The translations under genes were made by a program, and so were the position numbers. A stretch of DNA of 63,499 nucleotides, the filler included, from a candidate division WOR-3 bacterium (lineage in GTDB: Bacteria > SDB-A): assembly GCA_016934535.1 (NCBI GenBank). It is 4 parts of 4 records of this genome, joined end to end, with 100 filler letters (N's around TTAATTAATTAA, not from the genome) between each part and the next. Parts side by side here need not be neighbours in the genome. Positions count along the whole stretch, not along the records: positions 38,717 to 52,577 come from JAFGSQ010000024.1; 3 more parts are not named here. The stretch is one strand, 5' to 3'. Positions within the stretch are counted from its first letter, which is position 1. Each line of letters begins with the position of its first letter. Shown in pieces: positions 40,858-51,614 of the stretch. The notes below the pieces were generated by a model, which made no database searches, was not told the DNA's origin, and saw only the letters and a program-made list of their open reading frames with translations.

Positions 40858-42219
40858 TTATTCCGTTACTGTAATTTTACCCGAACCGCTGTATTCGCCT
40901 GCAGTCAGTTTGAAAATATAAGTCCCCGCCGGAACCTCCTGTCCCGATCCGTCAGTCTTTTCCCATGTCAAAACGTGAGAGCCCGGTAATACACCGGAAA
41001 AATTGACGGTTTTTAACTGCCTCCCTGCCATGTCGTAGATACTGAATCTGACATCAGAGTTCTCTGTTACAGTGAATTTTATTCTGACATCTTCTCTGCT
41101 GAAATTTCCTGAGATCAGCGAAAATAAAAATTCGTTTTGCTCAGGAATTACCGGTTCTTCTTCGACGGAGAGGATTACATCAGTATGGAGCATCTCGCAA
41201 TACGGTCTATAACCCACGGCGTCCATCCCAGCGCATGAGAATAAATTCATTTCGTCATCTTCAACTAACATAACAGGCGCTATCAAACATGTGTGGTTCA
41301 TGCATAAGGTTGGTTTGTCCGGAATGGCCGACCATCCAGAATCCGATTGATACATGTAACAGGAACTCAAATAATTGTAACTTCCATCCTGTCCTGCGAT
41401 TATGAAGAGTTTGTCGCCGAAGGAAGCGTATCCGCACCTTCTCCTGCCAACACCCGGAATATTGCCGTCCGCCGTCCATGTTATCACAGAAGGATTTACC
41501 GGATCGATGTAGCCTTTATAAACCGCCGCCGACCATTGAGCAGAAGAAGTATAGCCAGTAGCTAATATAAGAGTGTCGTTTCCAAGATAACCTGATGCTC
41601 CGCACATATTACCCACGGGCAAAGACGTCGCGTAAAAATAACTGTCCCCCGCTATGTCGTATACCTGAACTGTTGATGAAGCCGTCCAACCGCTGCCTCC
41701 ACCGATAAGATAAATCATACCTTTGTCTTCGGCAAGAGCTATGTTGGCGTCGTTCAAAGGAGTGAGCATCGTAGGTCCTATGTGATAAGTGTCTGCTAGA
41801 ATATCGTATATCACGCATGTACCCATACCTGAATAACTGCCGAACATGTATATCTTGTTTTCGCAGGTTGTTGAGCATCCGTATCTCATTTCAACCGGCA
41901 TAGCTGTGCCGGTTGACCAGGAATTCGAAAAGAGATCGAATATATAATGAGGAGTGGACGGCGCCGCGTTACCTCCGAAAACATGTATCTGCAGAGTCTC
42001 CCCGTCGCTCGATCTGTAATATCCCGAGAACATCCCGCATCTTCCCTCCGGCATGTTCGTCAAAACCTGCCAGTATAAAGAATCTGAGTTTAATGTCGTA
42101 TAACTTACTGATTCGACATAATTCGAAGTCTGTAATATTCTCTGGTCTCCGTCCTCTACAGCTGAATAAACAGGCAGACAAATAAATCCGGTCAGCATTA
42201 CAGTGAATAAAACTTTCAC
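40858..42219 (-). CDS. Secreted Kelch-repeat protein with FlgD/T9SS-like CTD
   Basis: GTG start at 42219 after AAAGGGGG; IHVFGG, IYMFG, IYLIGGG, LFIIAG Kelch repeats; IYDMAGR...W...GQEVPAGTYIF...KITVTE. Confidence 0.85.
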   Translation of the reverse strand: MKVLFTVMLTGFICLPVYSAVEDGDQRILQTSNYVESVSYTTLNSDSLYWQVLTNMPEGRCGMFSGYYRSSDGETLQIHVFGGNAAPSTPHYIFDLFSNSWSTGTAMPVEMRYGCSTTCENKIYMFGSYSGMGTCVIYDILADTYHIGPTMLTPLNDANIALAEDKGMIYLIGGGSGWTASSTVQVYDIAGDSYFYATSLPVGNMCGASGYLGNDTLILATGYTSSAQWSAAVYKGYIDPVNPSVITWTADGNIPGVGRRRCGYASFGDKLFIIAGQDGSYNYLSSCYMYQSDSGWSAIPDKPTLCMNHTCLIAPVMLVEDDEMNLFSCAGMDAVGYRPYCEMLHTDVILSVEEEPVIPEQNEFLFSLISGNFSREDVRIKFTVTENSDVRFSIYDMAGRQLKTVNFSGVLPGSHVLTWEKTDGSGQEVPAGTYIFKLTAGEYSGSGKITVTE

Positions 42220-42494
42220 ACAGCCCCCTTTGCTTAAGAATTTCATTGAAAATATTGACAAAACACCTGTCCGTTCTCCTTTCTGTTGAAAGTGCGGCAG
42301 ATTTTTACTTATTATATACACTTTTTATTTTTTTGAGATAGTTGTTTTCAGATAAATGCATTGATTTTATATTTAAGTCATATCAATTGGAAAAAACTGC
42401 TATGTTCTATATAGATCTTGTTTTTCATAAATTTCTGTTTGAATTATCACTTCTTCAATTGCACAATAATCTTGAAATCCGAAAAGGAGGCAAA

Positions 42495-44009
42495 ATGCGT
42501 ACATTAATTTCACTCGTAATATTTCTGTATACCGGAAATCTGTTTTCTTACACGACTCATTTTGTTTGCAGATGCATAACAGCCCCTGTCATGCTTTCTT
42601 ACTGCATTACAGATGAATACTCGGTCGAAATCGACACTCTCTGGAGACAGGGTCCGAACTCATGGGGCGGTTCACTTCTTTATTGGAACTACGATCTTAG
42701 CGAATGGGTCGCGGCTATATCACGTTCATTGCTGACAAAAGTAGAAAGCGCAGTAATGACAAAAGATTTTGTATCGGAATGGTTCGAGGCTGGAATAAGC
42801 AACACCGCTGGTATTCTTGCAGACGGCACGGTGCTGTATTACGGTTCCGATTCAGAAAACGTTTACTATCTGGGAATCGGAGAAAAACTGATTGGACCAT
42901 ATAAAATAGGCGCGGGCGATTTTTACATTTTTGAAAACGGCAGTCACTGGGCCAAGGTAATTGGCAAAGGAAACGGCTACGTTCTATTATACGACGGAGA
43001 GGAAATGTCCGGAATTTACGATCAGATAGACAAGGTTCAGTTTGATTATGTGTCGGGTGAAATAATATTCAGGTTCATGAAAGACGATCACTACGGAATC
43101 GCAGGTTCAAAAAGAGGCGTCCTTTTTACGTCCGAGTGGATAGGGAACGTAATTTCAATAAAAAACGGAGACATTTACTGTGAAATAGGAAAGAACGGCT
43201 CCTGGACTGGAGACAATTGGAGAGGCTTCGAAGCAGTCGCTAAAAACGGCGCCCCTGTCAGCGAATGGCACCAAACACTTGAGTTTTTTAAACTTATTGA
43301 TATTTCTCCGCTTTATTATTTCATTGACGACGAGGGAGAATGGTGCGGAGTCGGATCTGAATTCTTCGGGCCGTACGAGTCAATTGATGAACCTGTGTTC
43401 AGCTCAGGACAGGATTATTATTACGCGGCAAAAAATCAGGATGGCATATATTCAATATACAAAAACGGCGAAAGGTTAATCTTTGATGACTACGTTTATA
43501 CCGCTATCTTTCCCAATGACTCCAAAACAGGCTTTTCTCCGGCGGTTTGTCCTTCCGGCGTGACTTTTCTCGCTGTAAACGAGATCGGCGATTATTACCT
43601 TATGTTCAACGAGAGGATTTTCGGGCCATACGAAAACGCTTCTCCGCCGGTTGTCTCAGAAAACGGAGAGCACATGGCATGGATTATCGAAGACATCAAC
43701 GGAAGGCTGGTAGTGCTGCTCGACGCCATACCAAAAGGGGACGCCTACGATGAGATATATAATTACTCTCTGAAACTCTCTCCCGGCGGTGATCATATCG
43801 GCTTCATCGGCAAAACAGGAAGAAGTTATTACCTTGTCGTAGACGGAAACAAAATTGCCGGACCTTTTGCAGATCCGGCACTGGCAGGGCGGATAGGGAC
43901 AACTCTTTCGGACATATACATAACAGATGATTCTCTTGTTTTTTTGGGTGACTACCTTCACATTATTAAAGGTGTATCACTGCTAAGAGTCACTATTAAA
44001 TTCAAATAA
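42495..44009 (+). CDS. Secreted repeat-containing hypothetical protein
   Basis: ATG at 42495 after AGGAGG; signal peptide; recurring GPY(E/K)/YD(Q/E)I motifs. Confidence 0.7.
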   Translation: MRTLISLVIFLYTGNLFSYTTHFVCRCITAPVMLSYCITDEYSVEIDTLWRQGPNSWGGSLLYWNYDLSEWVAAISRSLLTKVESAVMTKDFVSEWFEAGISNTAGILADGTVLYYGSDSENVYYLGIGEKLIGPYKIGAGDFYIFENGSHWAKVIGKGNGYVLLYDGEEMSGIYDQIDKVQFDYVSGEIIFRFMKDDHYGIAGSKRGVLFTSEWIGNVISIKNGDIYCEIGKNGSWTGDNWRGFEAVAKNGAPVSEWHQTLEFFKLIDISPLYYFIDDEGEWCGVGSEFFGPYESIDEPVFSSGQDYYYAAKNQDGIYSIYKNGERLIFDDYVYTAIFPNDSKTGFSPAVCPSGVTFLAVNEIGDYYLMFNERIFGPYENASPPVVSENGEHMAWIIEDINGRLVVLLDAIPKGDAYDEIYNYSLKLSPGGDHIGFIGKTGRSYYLVVDGNKIAGPFADPALAGRIGTTLSDIYITDDSLVFLGDYLHIIKGVSLLRVTIKFK

Positions 44010-44052
44010 TGAATCGAACTTTACTTATTTTCTACGACAATCAATATACGTT

Positions 44053-46290
44053 CTATTTCTTTTCCCACAGATTAATTTCGTAGATGTTAGGCGTTTTCGG
44101 CCAGGCCATCCCGGCAAAACCCACCGCGTTCTGAGGCACGTCTCCAAATCTCTGCCACGTGATGACTTCTTCCAGGTTTTTTTCTCTGATCACGTCAGAC
44201 AGGGCTTCCATCATCTCCTGTTCTCTGTATCTGAAGTATTTCGACGAAAAATTCTGTTCAATACAATACGGCTCTACGGCGAAAAGATATCCTTTCCTTC
44301 CGTCGTGTTCGATTTTTTCGACACCTATGGAATTGTCGTTTCTTAAAGGCCGGGGAATATACCATTCCTCTTTTTCTTTCGGAGGAGGATACACCCATAT
44401 TTTTGAGGACGAGTATTTTTCTCTGAAACTCTTTATTATTCCGTCTTCTATTTCGTACGTCCTGTCATCAGCAGCGACAATCATATTCTGAACAACTCCG
44501 TAACAGATCCTCACGCCCGGCACATAAATAGGCATTGTCCTTTCTTCAAACCTCATTCCTTCGGGCAAGCTAAGATCTGTTTTCACACCTATCAGATCAG
44601 TTACGGACTCACTCGCGGGACAAGGCGTTTTTTTGTCAAAAACACAATTGAGATATGACGGCAGATCCTCGAACCAGCTTTGACCCGAATCTTGGTCGGG
44701 GTGTTTAATTGCGACGCGTTTTTTGTACATGTTGAATTTCAGTTCATCTCCCGGTTCGCAGAGCCTTATAAAGATGACTTCGATCACAGGCAAGCCAATC
44801 TCCTTAAATTCTTCAAAAAGAACGGCCAGAGCTTTTTTAGGATTAAAGACACGTGAGGCCAGAAACGAAAGGTTCCAGTTGGATATGAACAATTCGTTTT
44901 CCACAAAAATGCTGTCGATTGTAGACAAACCGTTCAGAAGGTATTCCCAGTTGTAAATTATCTGTGTCATTTTTTCGTATTCTTCACCTTCAACCGCCTT
45001 TGAAAATCCTACTATGACTCTGAATACGTCGTATTTCCCAATATCGTCGAAAACTTTGCTGGAAAATCCCTCTTTTGGCATGAGGGTCCATTCTCTCCGG
45101 TACGAAGGCTCCTCTTGTTCCCACTTTACATGTAAGGCCTGTGCCATTCCGTCCGAAAATTCGCCGATTCTTCCAAATTGAAAGCCGCATATTTTTTTAC
45201 CTGCGGAATCTATCAGGCCCCACAATCCGCCTTTCATGACGGGTGCTCTGTCTTCGCTGAAAACGCCGACGTAGTCGTATTTCTCGTCGTTTATCTTTCT
45301 CCCTTTTTTATCTATGAAAAACCATTCATCCTCGTTGCAGACACCCGCGAATCCTTCTGTGAATCCGTACACTGAAACATACTGCGGCGGAATAATATCC
45401 GCCCCATCAAGGTCTATGAATCCCCAGAGTCCGTTTTTCTTTACCCTGGCAAGCCCTTCGTTCGGAAGTAAAATGTCTTCGAACGGCCCTGCCGTAGACG
45501 CGTCTTTCTTCATGAAGTACCATCCCCCGTCCAGAAAGAGACCGCATAATCCCTGCCCTGCTCCTTTGAATTGGTCCACCCATACATCTTTTATCATTTT
45601 TCCATTTTGATTTATAAACGAATAAAAGCCGTCTTTCTTTACCCAGGCGATCCCGTCCTGAAACAGGGATATGCTCTCGTATCCGTCGGAAATTATCTTT
45701 CCGGTTTTGTCGATCAGGTGTATTTGGCCGTTTATTTTCACCGATGCAACGTCGTCGGTGAAATCGTAGGCCATTTCGAAATCCGGTTTTATAACCCATT
45801 CTCCCTTTTTATCTACGTACCCGTCCGATCCGCCTTGATTCGCCACGGCTATTTCGCACGAAAATTTCCCCAGAAAATTAAAAACGGGTTTGATCACGAC
45901 GTTTCCTTTTTTGTCCATCGCTCCACACATACCCCCGGATACAAATCCGCCCAATCCCCCGGAAAAGTCATAACAACTTTCACACTGCATCTGCGGCGTA
46001 GCCGCCCCGGAACTGTCCAGGTACCTCCATGTCCCCCCATTTAGCAAACCGTTGCTGTTGTACGCACCGCCTTCGTTCAGCCAAAGCACTCCTTCGGACC
46101 ACTTGCCGAAATAGTCGAAAGCGTCTTCGAAAAGATATTTACCTTCCCTGTCTATTACGCTGTACTTTCTTTTTCCGAATTTCTTTACAACAGCTGTTTT
46201 GTCCCTGAACTGGCTGGTGACGTAAAACTTCGGAGAAATCACTGTTTTCGAATCTTTGTCAATGAAACCGAAACGAAAATTATCCGACAC
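44053..46290 (-). CDS. WG-repeat (KWG) protein with an unknown C-terminal domain
   Basis: Many F.EG.A.V...G.WG(F/Y)ID..G repeats in about the first 390 aa. Confidence 0.88.
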   Translation of the reverse strand: MSDNFRFGFIDKDSKTVISPKFYVTSQFRDKTAVVKKFGKRKYSVIDREGKYLFEDAFDYFGKWSEGVLWLNEGGAYNSNGLLNGGTWRYLDSSGAATPQMQCESCYDFSGGLGGFVSGGMCGAMDKKGNVVIKPVFNFLGKFSCEIAVANQGGSDGYVDKKGEWVIKPDFEMAYDFTDDVASVKINGQIHLIDKTGKIISDGYESISLFQDGIAWVKKDGFYSFINQNGKMIKDVWVDQFKGAGQGLCGLFLDGGWYFMKKDASTAGPFEDILLPNEGLARVKKNGLWGFIDLDGADIIPPQYVSVYGFTEGFAGVCNEDEWFFIDKKGRKINDEKYDYVGVFSEDRAPVMKGGLWGLIDSAGKKICGFQFGRIGEFSDGMAQALHVKWEQEEPSYRREWTLMPKEGFSSKVFDDIGKYDVFRVIVGFSKAVEGEEYEKMTQIIYNWEYLLNGLSTIDSIFVENELFISNWNLSFLASRVFNPKKALAVLFEEFKEIGLPVIEVIFIRLCEPGDELKFNMYKKRVAIKHPDQDSGQSWFEDLPSYLNCVFDKKTPCPASESVTDLIGVKTDLSLPEGMRFEERTMPIYVPGVRICYGVVQNMIVAADDRTYEIEDGIIKSFREKYSSSKIWVYPPPKEKEEWYIPRPLRNDNSIGVEKIEHDGRKGYLFAVEPYCIEQNFSSKYFRYREQEMMEALSDVIREKNLEEVITWQRFGDVPQNAVGFAGMAWPKTPNIYEINLWEKK

Positions 46291-46429
46291 ATTAACCTCC
46301 TTTTTTTTCGAAAATAATAAATGAAATGAATTAAAATTCTCTTAAAAGAAATTTTGGCAAATTTAAGATTGGTTTTTTTTCACAAAACACAGCAATTCAC
46401 TTATATAATAATGTTTATTAAAATGCCTT

Positions 46430-46984
46430 ATGCAGAAAAAAGAACTCAGAAAAATGAAAAAATTCCGCTTCCAACTTCTTCACAAATGGATAGTTGAAAA
46501 TTTTTTACCCTGCCGGATCTGCGACATAGGCGGAGGAAAAGGTCTTCTTTCATTCCTGCTACATAACGCCGGTTTTGACGCCACGGTTATTGACCCTTGC
46601 GACCAAATTCTTCCTGACAAATACAAGGATCTTTATAACGTAAAGCACAAAATACCCGATACTTTCAAAATTAAAAGATTGACAAAGGAATACGCTATCG
46701 ACATGGCAAAAGACTACGATCTGTTAATAGGCCTTCACGCCCACGGTTCTAACATGAAAATTCTTGAAGGAGCCGCCAAATATAAAAAGGATTTCATTCT
46801 TTTGCCTTGCTGTGTAATAGACGAACCTATCGAAATAAAACCGGACATTGATTGGTTGAAATCTCTTGAGGAATATGCCATTACACTCGGTCACAAAACG
46901 ACCAGATTTGAGCTTAATTTCAGGGGTCAGAACATCGGTTTTTACAAAACCGACGGCACTTTTCTCGCAAAAAAATCACGATGA
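46430..46984 (+). CDS. Small class I SAM-dependent methyltransferase-like protein
   Basis: ICDIGGGKGLLS (motif I), VIDP, IGLHAHG, ILLPCCV. Confidence 0.7.
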   Translation: MQKKELRKMKKFRFQLLHKWIVENFLPCRICDIGGGKGLLSFLLHNAGFDATVIDPCDQILPDKYKDLYNVKHKIPDTFKIKRLTKEYAIDMAKDYDLLIGLHAHGSNMKILEGAAKYKKDFILLPCCVIDEPIEIKPDIDWLKSLEEYAITLGHKTTRFELNFRGQNIGFYKTDGTFLAKKSR

Positions 46985-47535
46985 AACAAAAAATCAGCGC
47001 ACTACTAACAATTATTCTTGTTACACCGATTTTAGCAGGAATATACGGTGTTCTGCACGACCAGTTGACGTACACAATTTCGCCTGAATACTACACAAAA
47101 TTCAAATTCTACCGGTTCGGATTGGCAGAAGACGGAGGAGTTTATAGATATTCGGAAAGATTAGGAGCGGCTCTGGTCGGATTTTCAGCAACCTGGTGGA
47201 CGGGCATACCCATAGGTATTATTCTCGGTTTAACAGGAATGATACACAAAGATTGGATTACAATGTCAAAAATAACAGCCAAATCTTTAACACTTGTATT
47301 GATAATATCAATAGCCTCGGGACTCTCTGGTTTGTTGATCGGTAAATTTTTCCTGGCAAATTCTGACTTCCCCTGGAATTTCCCTGAAAATATTCTTGAT
47401 AAAAACAATTTTATAGCCGTGGGTTCAATGCATAATTTCAGTTATGCCGGAGGACTTTTTGGCCTGATATCAGGAATTATTTTCTCATGTTTAAACAAAA
47501 ACAAGCATAAAAAAACAAATAATAACATTTTGTAA
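46981..47535 (+). CDS. Conserved membrane protein
   Basis: Four hydrophobic segments; YG.LHDQLTYTISPEYYTKFKF, ATWW, GSMHNFSY. Confidence 0.75.
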   Translation: MKQKISALLTIILVTPILAGIYGVLHDQLTYTISPEYYTKFKFYRFGLAEDGGVYRYSERLGAALVGFSATWWTGIPIGIILGLTGMIHKDWITMSKITAKSLTLVLIISIASGLSGLLIGKFFLANSDFPWNFPENILDKNNFIAVGSMHNFSYAGGLFGLISGIIFSCLNKNKHKKTNNNIL

Positions 47536-47588
47536 TTCCTCCTGCCGAGGAATATAATCATGAAGGATCATTAATTTAAGGAGGAAAG

Positions 47589-49250
47589 ATGAAAAATTTA
47601 TTATTTTTCGCTGTTCTCTTTCCGATCTCTTTACTTCATGCTGAAACCAAAGGTCCCTCAGGCGATGACTACATTATTCCAGTCATCGAATTGTTCAAGG
47701 AAGAATGCGATTCTGACGATGTTCTCGATTTTGAATCACTTTCCGGCAATATATGCGAAACAGAAAGAACCGGCAATTCAACAGAACCCTCTAAATTCTC
47801 CTCTTTTTGGGGTCCGAACATACTGGTTACCGATAATTGCAACACTCTCTACAGAGACGACATGGCTTTTGATTACGACGCCGGCGGAAACATATACGCT
47901 GCAATCCAGTCTTCCCATGACGGAGTAAACGACACTTTGTTTATTTACCGTTCAACCGACAAAGGATTGACTTGGAATATCTGCTACTGGAACTATGTCG
48001 CGAACGGCGGTAAGATTATTGATTTCGATATGAGGCTGGAACCATACACTTCAGTCAATCCGGAGATATACATAGCCTGGGCTGATTCCCAATTCACTTC
48101 CGGATACAGAACGTTCTTTGGAGCCGTCAAACCAGGGATTTCCGAAAGATGGGTTCGTCTGGATTCTGCATTTACATCTCAGGACAGTATTTTTTGTGTC
48201 GCCATGGACGTCAGTCCCGATTCAAATCCTTTGGTCGCGATTTCCACTCTAAGCTACTCGCCATATCCAGGTGAAACGGAATGGGCTACTTTTTATTCCG
48301 CCGATGCCGGAATATCATGGAATCTCGCAAATCATATAACCTCTTACGCTCCGATGGGTCTGTCCGTGGCCTGTAATTCCCGGGAAGTATTTTATGTCGC
48401 AACAATTTACACTCAGAACAAACACAGAATGCGCCTGGCAAGATATAACAATGGCACATGGTCGGGAAATTATATTTCAATGGATTATGACACTTTAAGG
48501 ACCTGTCCCCTTATCGCCACTCAGAAATACCACACCTATCCGGCAAACTATGTCTGTGCTTTTGAGACTATGGGTTCCGGCAGCGCTTCGAGGATTTTAT
48601 ACTGCTACAGCAGTGACGGAGGGCAGAACTGGAACAGCCCTGACTACTGGTCAGTAACAGGGGACAGGTGCAGTTCGATACCAAATACCAGAATTGGTTG
48701 GAATTACACAGAAGATTTTCCTATAGCATCCTGCTTCGTCGAAGGAGGGTCTTTCGATTCTCTCGTCACTTCGGTTTGTGTCGGTAATTTCAACGGCTGG
48801 AGTCAAAGGACTGTTGTAAATAATTATTCACTTACAACGACAATTCCATCACACGTACTATATGTAAGCGGCTTAGATATAAACGGACCGATTGTTCTTT
48901 ACAGGCAAAACAATTCCAACAACATTTGGTTTGACAGGTGGGATCACTACAATCAGGTCGAAGAAACTCTTTCCAATAATTTCATTTCTTCAGACGTGAT
49001 AATTTACAGAGAAAACAGCGGATTCAGAATTGATCTGTCAACTGCCGGCGAGATAGTGTTGAGAATTTCAGTATTTGACATTCTCGGGAGAAACATAAAA
49101 ACCATATCCGACAGCAAATTGAGCAAAGGAGATCACGTCTTTTTTTGGATTCTCGACGACGAAAACGGTGATATTGTCCGTTCAGGGAATTACTTCATCA
49201 ATTTCGAATCAATGGGTCAAAATTTTTCAAAAACAATACAAGTGTTTTAA
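47589..49250 (+). CDS. Secreted BNR-repeat protein with FlgD/T9SS-like CTD
   Basis: AGGAGG RBS, signal peptide, STDKGLTW, SADAGISW, SSDGGQNW; VFDILGR...W...GDIVRSGNYF...KTIQVF. Confidence 0.8.
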   Translation: MKNLLFFAVLFPISLLHAETKGPSGDDYIIPVIELFKEECDSDDVLDFESLSGNICETERTGNSTEPSKFSSFWGPNILVTDNCNTLYRDDMAFDYDAGGNIYAAIQSSHDGVNDTLFIYRSTDKGLTWNICYWNYVANGGKIIDFDMRLEPYTSVNPEIYIAWADSQFTSGYRTFFGAVKPGISERWVRLDSAFTSQDSIFCVAMDVSPDSNPLVAISTLSYSPYPGETEWATFYSADAGISWNLANHITSYAPMGLSVACNSREVFYVATIYTQNKHRMRLARYNNGTWSGNYISMDYDTLRTCPLIATQKYHTYPANYVCAFETMGSGSASRILYCYSSDGGQNWNSPDYWSVTGDRCSSIPNTRIGWNYTEDFPIASCFVEGGSFDSLVTSVCVGNFNGWSQRTVVNNYSLTTTIPSHVLYVSGLDINGPIVLYRQNNSNNIWFDRWDHYNQVEETLSNNFISSDVIIYRENSGFRIDLSTAGEIVLRISVFDILGRNIKTISDSKLSKGDHVFFWILDDENGDIVRSGNYFINFESMGQNFSKTIQVF

Positions 49251-49308
49251 AACAACTTTAATGTTTTTATATTTAAAAAGCGCTTAACTGCTATTCACAT
49301 CGAATTTT

Positions 49309-49674
49309 ATGGGTAAAAAGCATAATATAATAAAATGGACGGCGAGAATATTAGCCGCTCTGATAATAATTTTCGGCTTGCCGTTTTATTTCGGTTACGG
49401 TAATCCGCTCCCTTTCATAAATCCAGATTACACTTTGTGGGACAATACATGGCTTACTGTTTTTCCTCTGATGTTTATCGGACTCGCCCTGGGCTGGAAG
49501 TTCGAAATTATCGGAGGACTTTTTGTTACGATTCCAATATTCATAGGATATATAATCGGGATCATTGCCCGACAGGGATTTTCGATACACATGGCTATTC
49601 CGTTTCTCGTCGGTGTTCTGTATCTGACGTCAGGTCTGTTGACAAATTACAAGCAACGGGAGGGAAATCAATGA
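49309..49674 (+). CDS. Small four-TM membrane protein
   Basis: KWTARIL...GLALGWKFEIIGG; four hydrophobic segments. Confidence 0.7.
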   Translation: MGKKHNIIKWTARILAALIIIFGLPFYFGYGNPLPFINPDYTLWDNTWLTVFPLMFIGLALGWKFEIIGGLFVTIPIFIGYIIGIIARQGFSIHMAIPFLVGVLYLTSGLLTNYKQREGNQ

Positions 49675-50054
49675 AAATTATTTTACTTAACATTTCTTTC
49701 ATTTTGCTAATATTTCAACAGCTACCGGCCGAATACACCGATACTCTCACATTGGAAGCTTGTATCTTGAATTCACTCCCGATAGGCTGGGGAACTCTGT
49801 ATCAATGTGAGATACATAAAATAATTGAGGGAGAACAGCCTGACATAGACAGCGTTTTTACTATGAGCGCTTCCGTCGGAGGGGAGCATATTTACGAAGA
49901 CGTCCACTTTCTATCTGTTGGTGAAATTTACTTAATAAAATTTGTCAAAACTGATATTACTAGTGACAAACCTTACATCCCCGCAGGAACAACCGGATTC
50001 GTTGATAAAAATGGATTTATCTGGATTATTACAGAACTTCAAAAGACGGAATGA
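49671..50054 (+). CDS. Secreted hypothetical protein
   Basis: ATG at 49671 (ATGA overlap, GGAGGG RBS) and signal peptide MKIILLNISFILLIF. Confidence 0.65.
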   Translation: MKIILLNISFILLIFQQLPAEYTDTLTLEACILNSLPIGWGTLYQCEIHKIIEGEQPDIDSVFTMSASVGGEHIYEDVHFLSVGEIYLIKFVKTDITSDKPYIPAGTTGFVDKNGFIWIITELQKTE

Positions 50055-50063
50055 ATAAACGTA

Positions 50064-51599
50064 TCAGTTTAGAATCAATATTTTTCCAGTGATTACATCC
50101 TCATCCGTCAATATTTGAAAATAATATATTCCTGAACTAAATCCGCTGAGATCAATTTTTATCTCATTCAAGCCATTTGTCACAGATTCCATTGTTATCC
50201 TGCGGACAAATCTTCCTGTTACGTCGACGATGTTGAATACAGCACCGGAAGAATAGTCGCTGAAAAAACTCACAATGATAAAAGAACCTGCAGGATCAGG
50301 TGATATCCAGGCGATAGGGAATTCATTCGGAAAGGAATTGATTTCTTCAACAGATCCGGGATTTGAACCATTTTGATAATGAAAACCCATGTCGACAACA
50401 CCGCTGTCAAAGATTTCATCTGTACGGGTAGTCATGGAGTCCATGCCCAAAAACGCCGAACTGTAACTGCCCGCGTCGACACAAGGGCTTTGCTGGATCT
50501 GACCCGCCATGGTCTGACTGAGATAGAAATCACCTTCCGGACCGACCGTGAAGATCGGATTCTCACTTATATTTCCCGTTCCGTTCCATCCCTCCTCCAC
50601 GCAACAGTAATAGACGTTTGCACTGCTGCCGGTTGCAGGATCGAGAAATATCTGGTTGCCTTGTGAAGTCGAAGAGTTGTTTCCCCAAACAATACAATCT
50701 CTTATGACGGGAATAGTAGTGCTCTGATTCAGCACGTAGATTCCTCCACCTTCAAGATATGAAAGGTTTCCGAAAAAAGTGTTGTCAGCGATGTTCGACC
50801 CGTCGTACCTGACGTAAATCCCGCCGCCGGTCGGAGCCTGATTTCCGTAAACAAGATTATTCTTGACAACCTGTTGAGTTCCGTATTGGCAAATCCACAG
50901 GCAGATTCCTCCTCCTCCCCAGTAAGTCGACGATGTAACAGTGTTGAAGCGTATCACGTTGTTCTTAATTTTTACCCGGCATTGGTTAACGTATATACCT
51001 GCGCCGCTGTGCCCGGTTGTGTTGTACTCAAAGAGGTTGCCCGATATTTCAGCTTCGCAAATCCCTCCCGTCCAGCCGTCCAGGGTTATTCCTGCGCCGT
51101 TTTGAACAGAACTGTTGTGGTGTATCCGGCAGTTTCGTATTATGGGATCTCCGTAATAAATGGAATAAATCGCTCCGCCCATATCGGCGACGTTGTATGA
51201 AAAAATACAGTTAACAATCTTGGGGGAACAGTTGTCTATGTAAATTCCCCCGCCTCTGTTCCCGTTCATTCCGTATGCGTTACCCCTTGTTATGGTAAAT
51301 CCGTCTAGGACTGAAAAACTGTCTTCTCCTGAAGTGAAGGAGAAAGCGCGGTGGGGATCCGTCGAATCTGCTTCAAGATCAATTATTGTCGATTCCGGTC
51401 CGAACTCGGAGCGAATCAGAATTGCCTTCCCCTCAAAACTGAGGTCTCTGTTTCCGAATCCCCTGTATGTTCCGGGTGAAACCAATACCGTGTCGCCGTT
51501 TTGAGACGCGCCTATAGCGGAATAAAAATTGGCATAGTCCTGCGGAATGCAGATGATGTTGGAAATCAGCAAACATTGAATCAAAACTGTCATATTCAA
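50064..51599 (-). CDS. Right-handed beta-helix (pectin-lyase-like) protein with T9SS-like CTD
   Basis: GDTVLVSPGTY, LDGFTIT.G, repeated GG(G/A)IY...N..F.N; IVDVTGR...SSGIYY...KILILN. Confidence 0.85.
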   Translation of the reverse strand: MNMTVLIQCLLISNIICIPQDYANFYSAIGASQNGDTVLVSPGTYRGFGNRDLSFEGKAILIRSEFGPESTIIDLEADSTDPHRAFSFTSGEDSFSVLDGFTITRGNAYGMNGNRGGGIYIDNCSPKIVNCIFSYNVADMGGAIYSIYYGDPIIRNCRIHHNSSVQNGAGITLDGWTGGICEAEISGNLFEYNTTGHSGAGIYVNQCRVKIKNNVIRFNTVTSSTYWGGGGICLWICQYGTQQVVKNNLVYGNQAPTGGGIYVRYDGSNIADNTFFGNLSYLEGGGIYVLNQSTTIPVIRDCIVWGNNSSTSQGNQIFLDPATGSSANVYYCCVEEGWNGTGNISENPIFTVGPEGDFYLSQTMAGQIQQSPCVDAGSYSSAFLGMDSMTTRTDEIFDSGVVDMGFHYQNGSNPGSVEEINSFPNEFPIAWISPDPAGSFIIVSFFSDYSSGAVFNIVDVTGRFVRRITMESVTNGLNEIKIDLSGFSSGIYYFQILTDEDVITGKILILN

Positions 51600-51614
51600 A
51601 ATGCCTCGTGGTCT

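Noticed and set aside
42342-42494. Extended N-termini in the ORF track (also 42220-42321, 49437-49670, 56162-56278)
   Set aside because: Downstream starts have RBSs and signal peptides or family-typical N-termini.
46291-50063. Integron-like cassette array of small co-oriented genes
   Set aside because: No attC-like RYYYAAC...GTTRRRY hairpins between the genes, two pairs overlap by ATGA, and no integrase is present.
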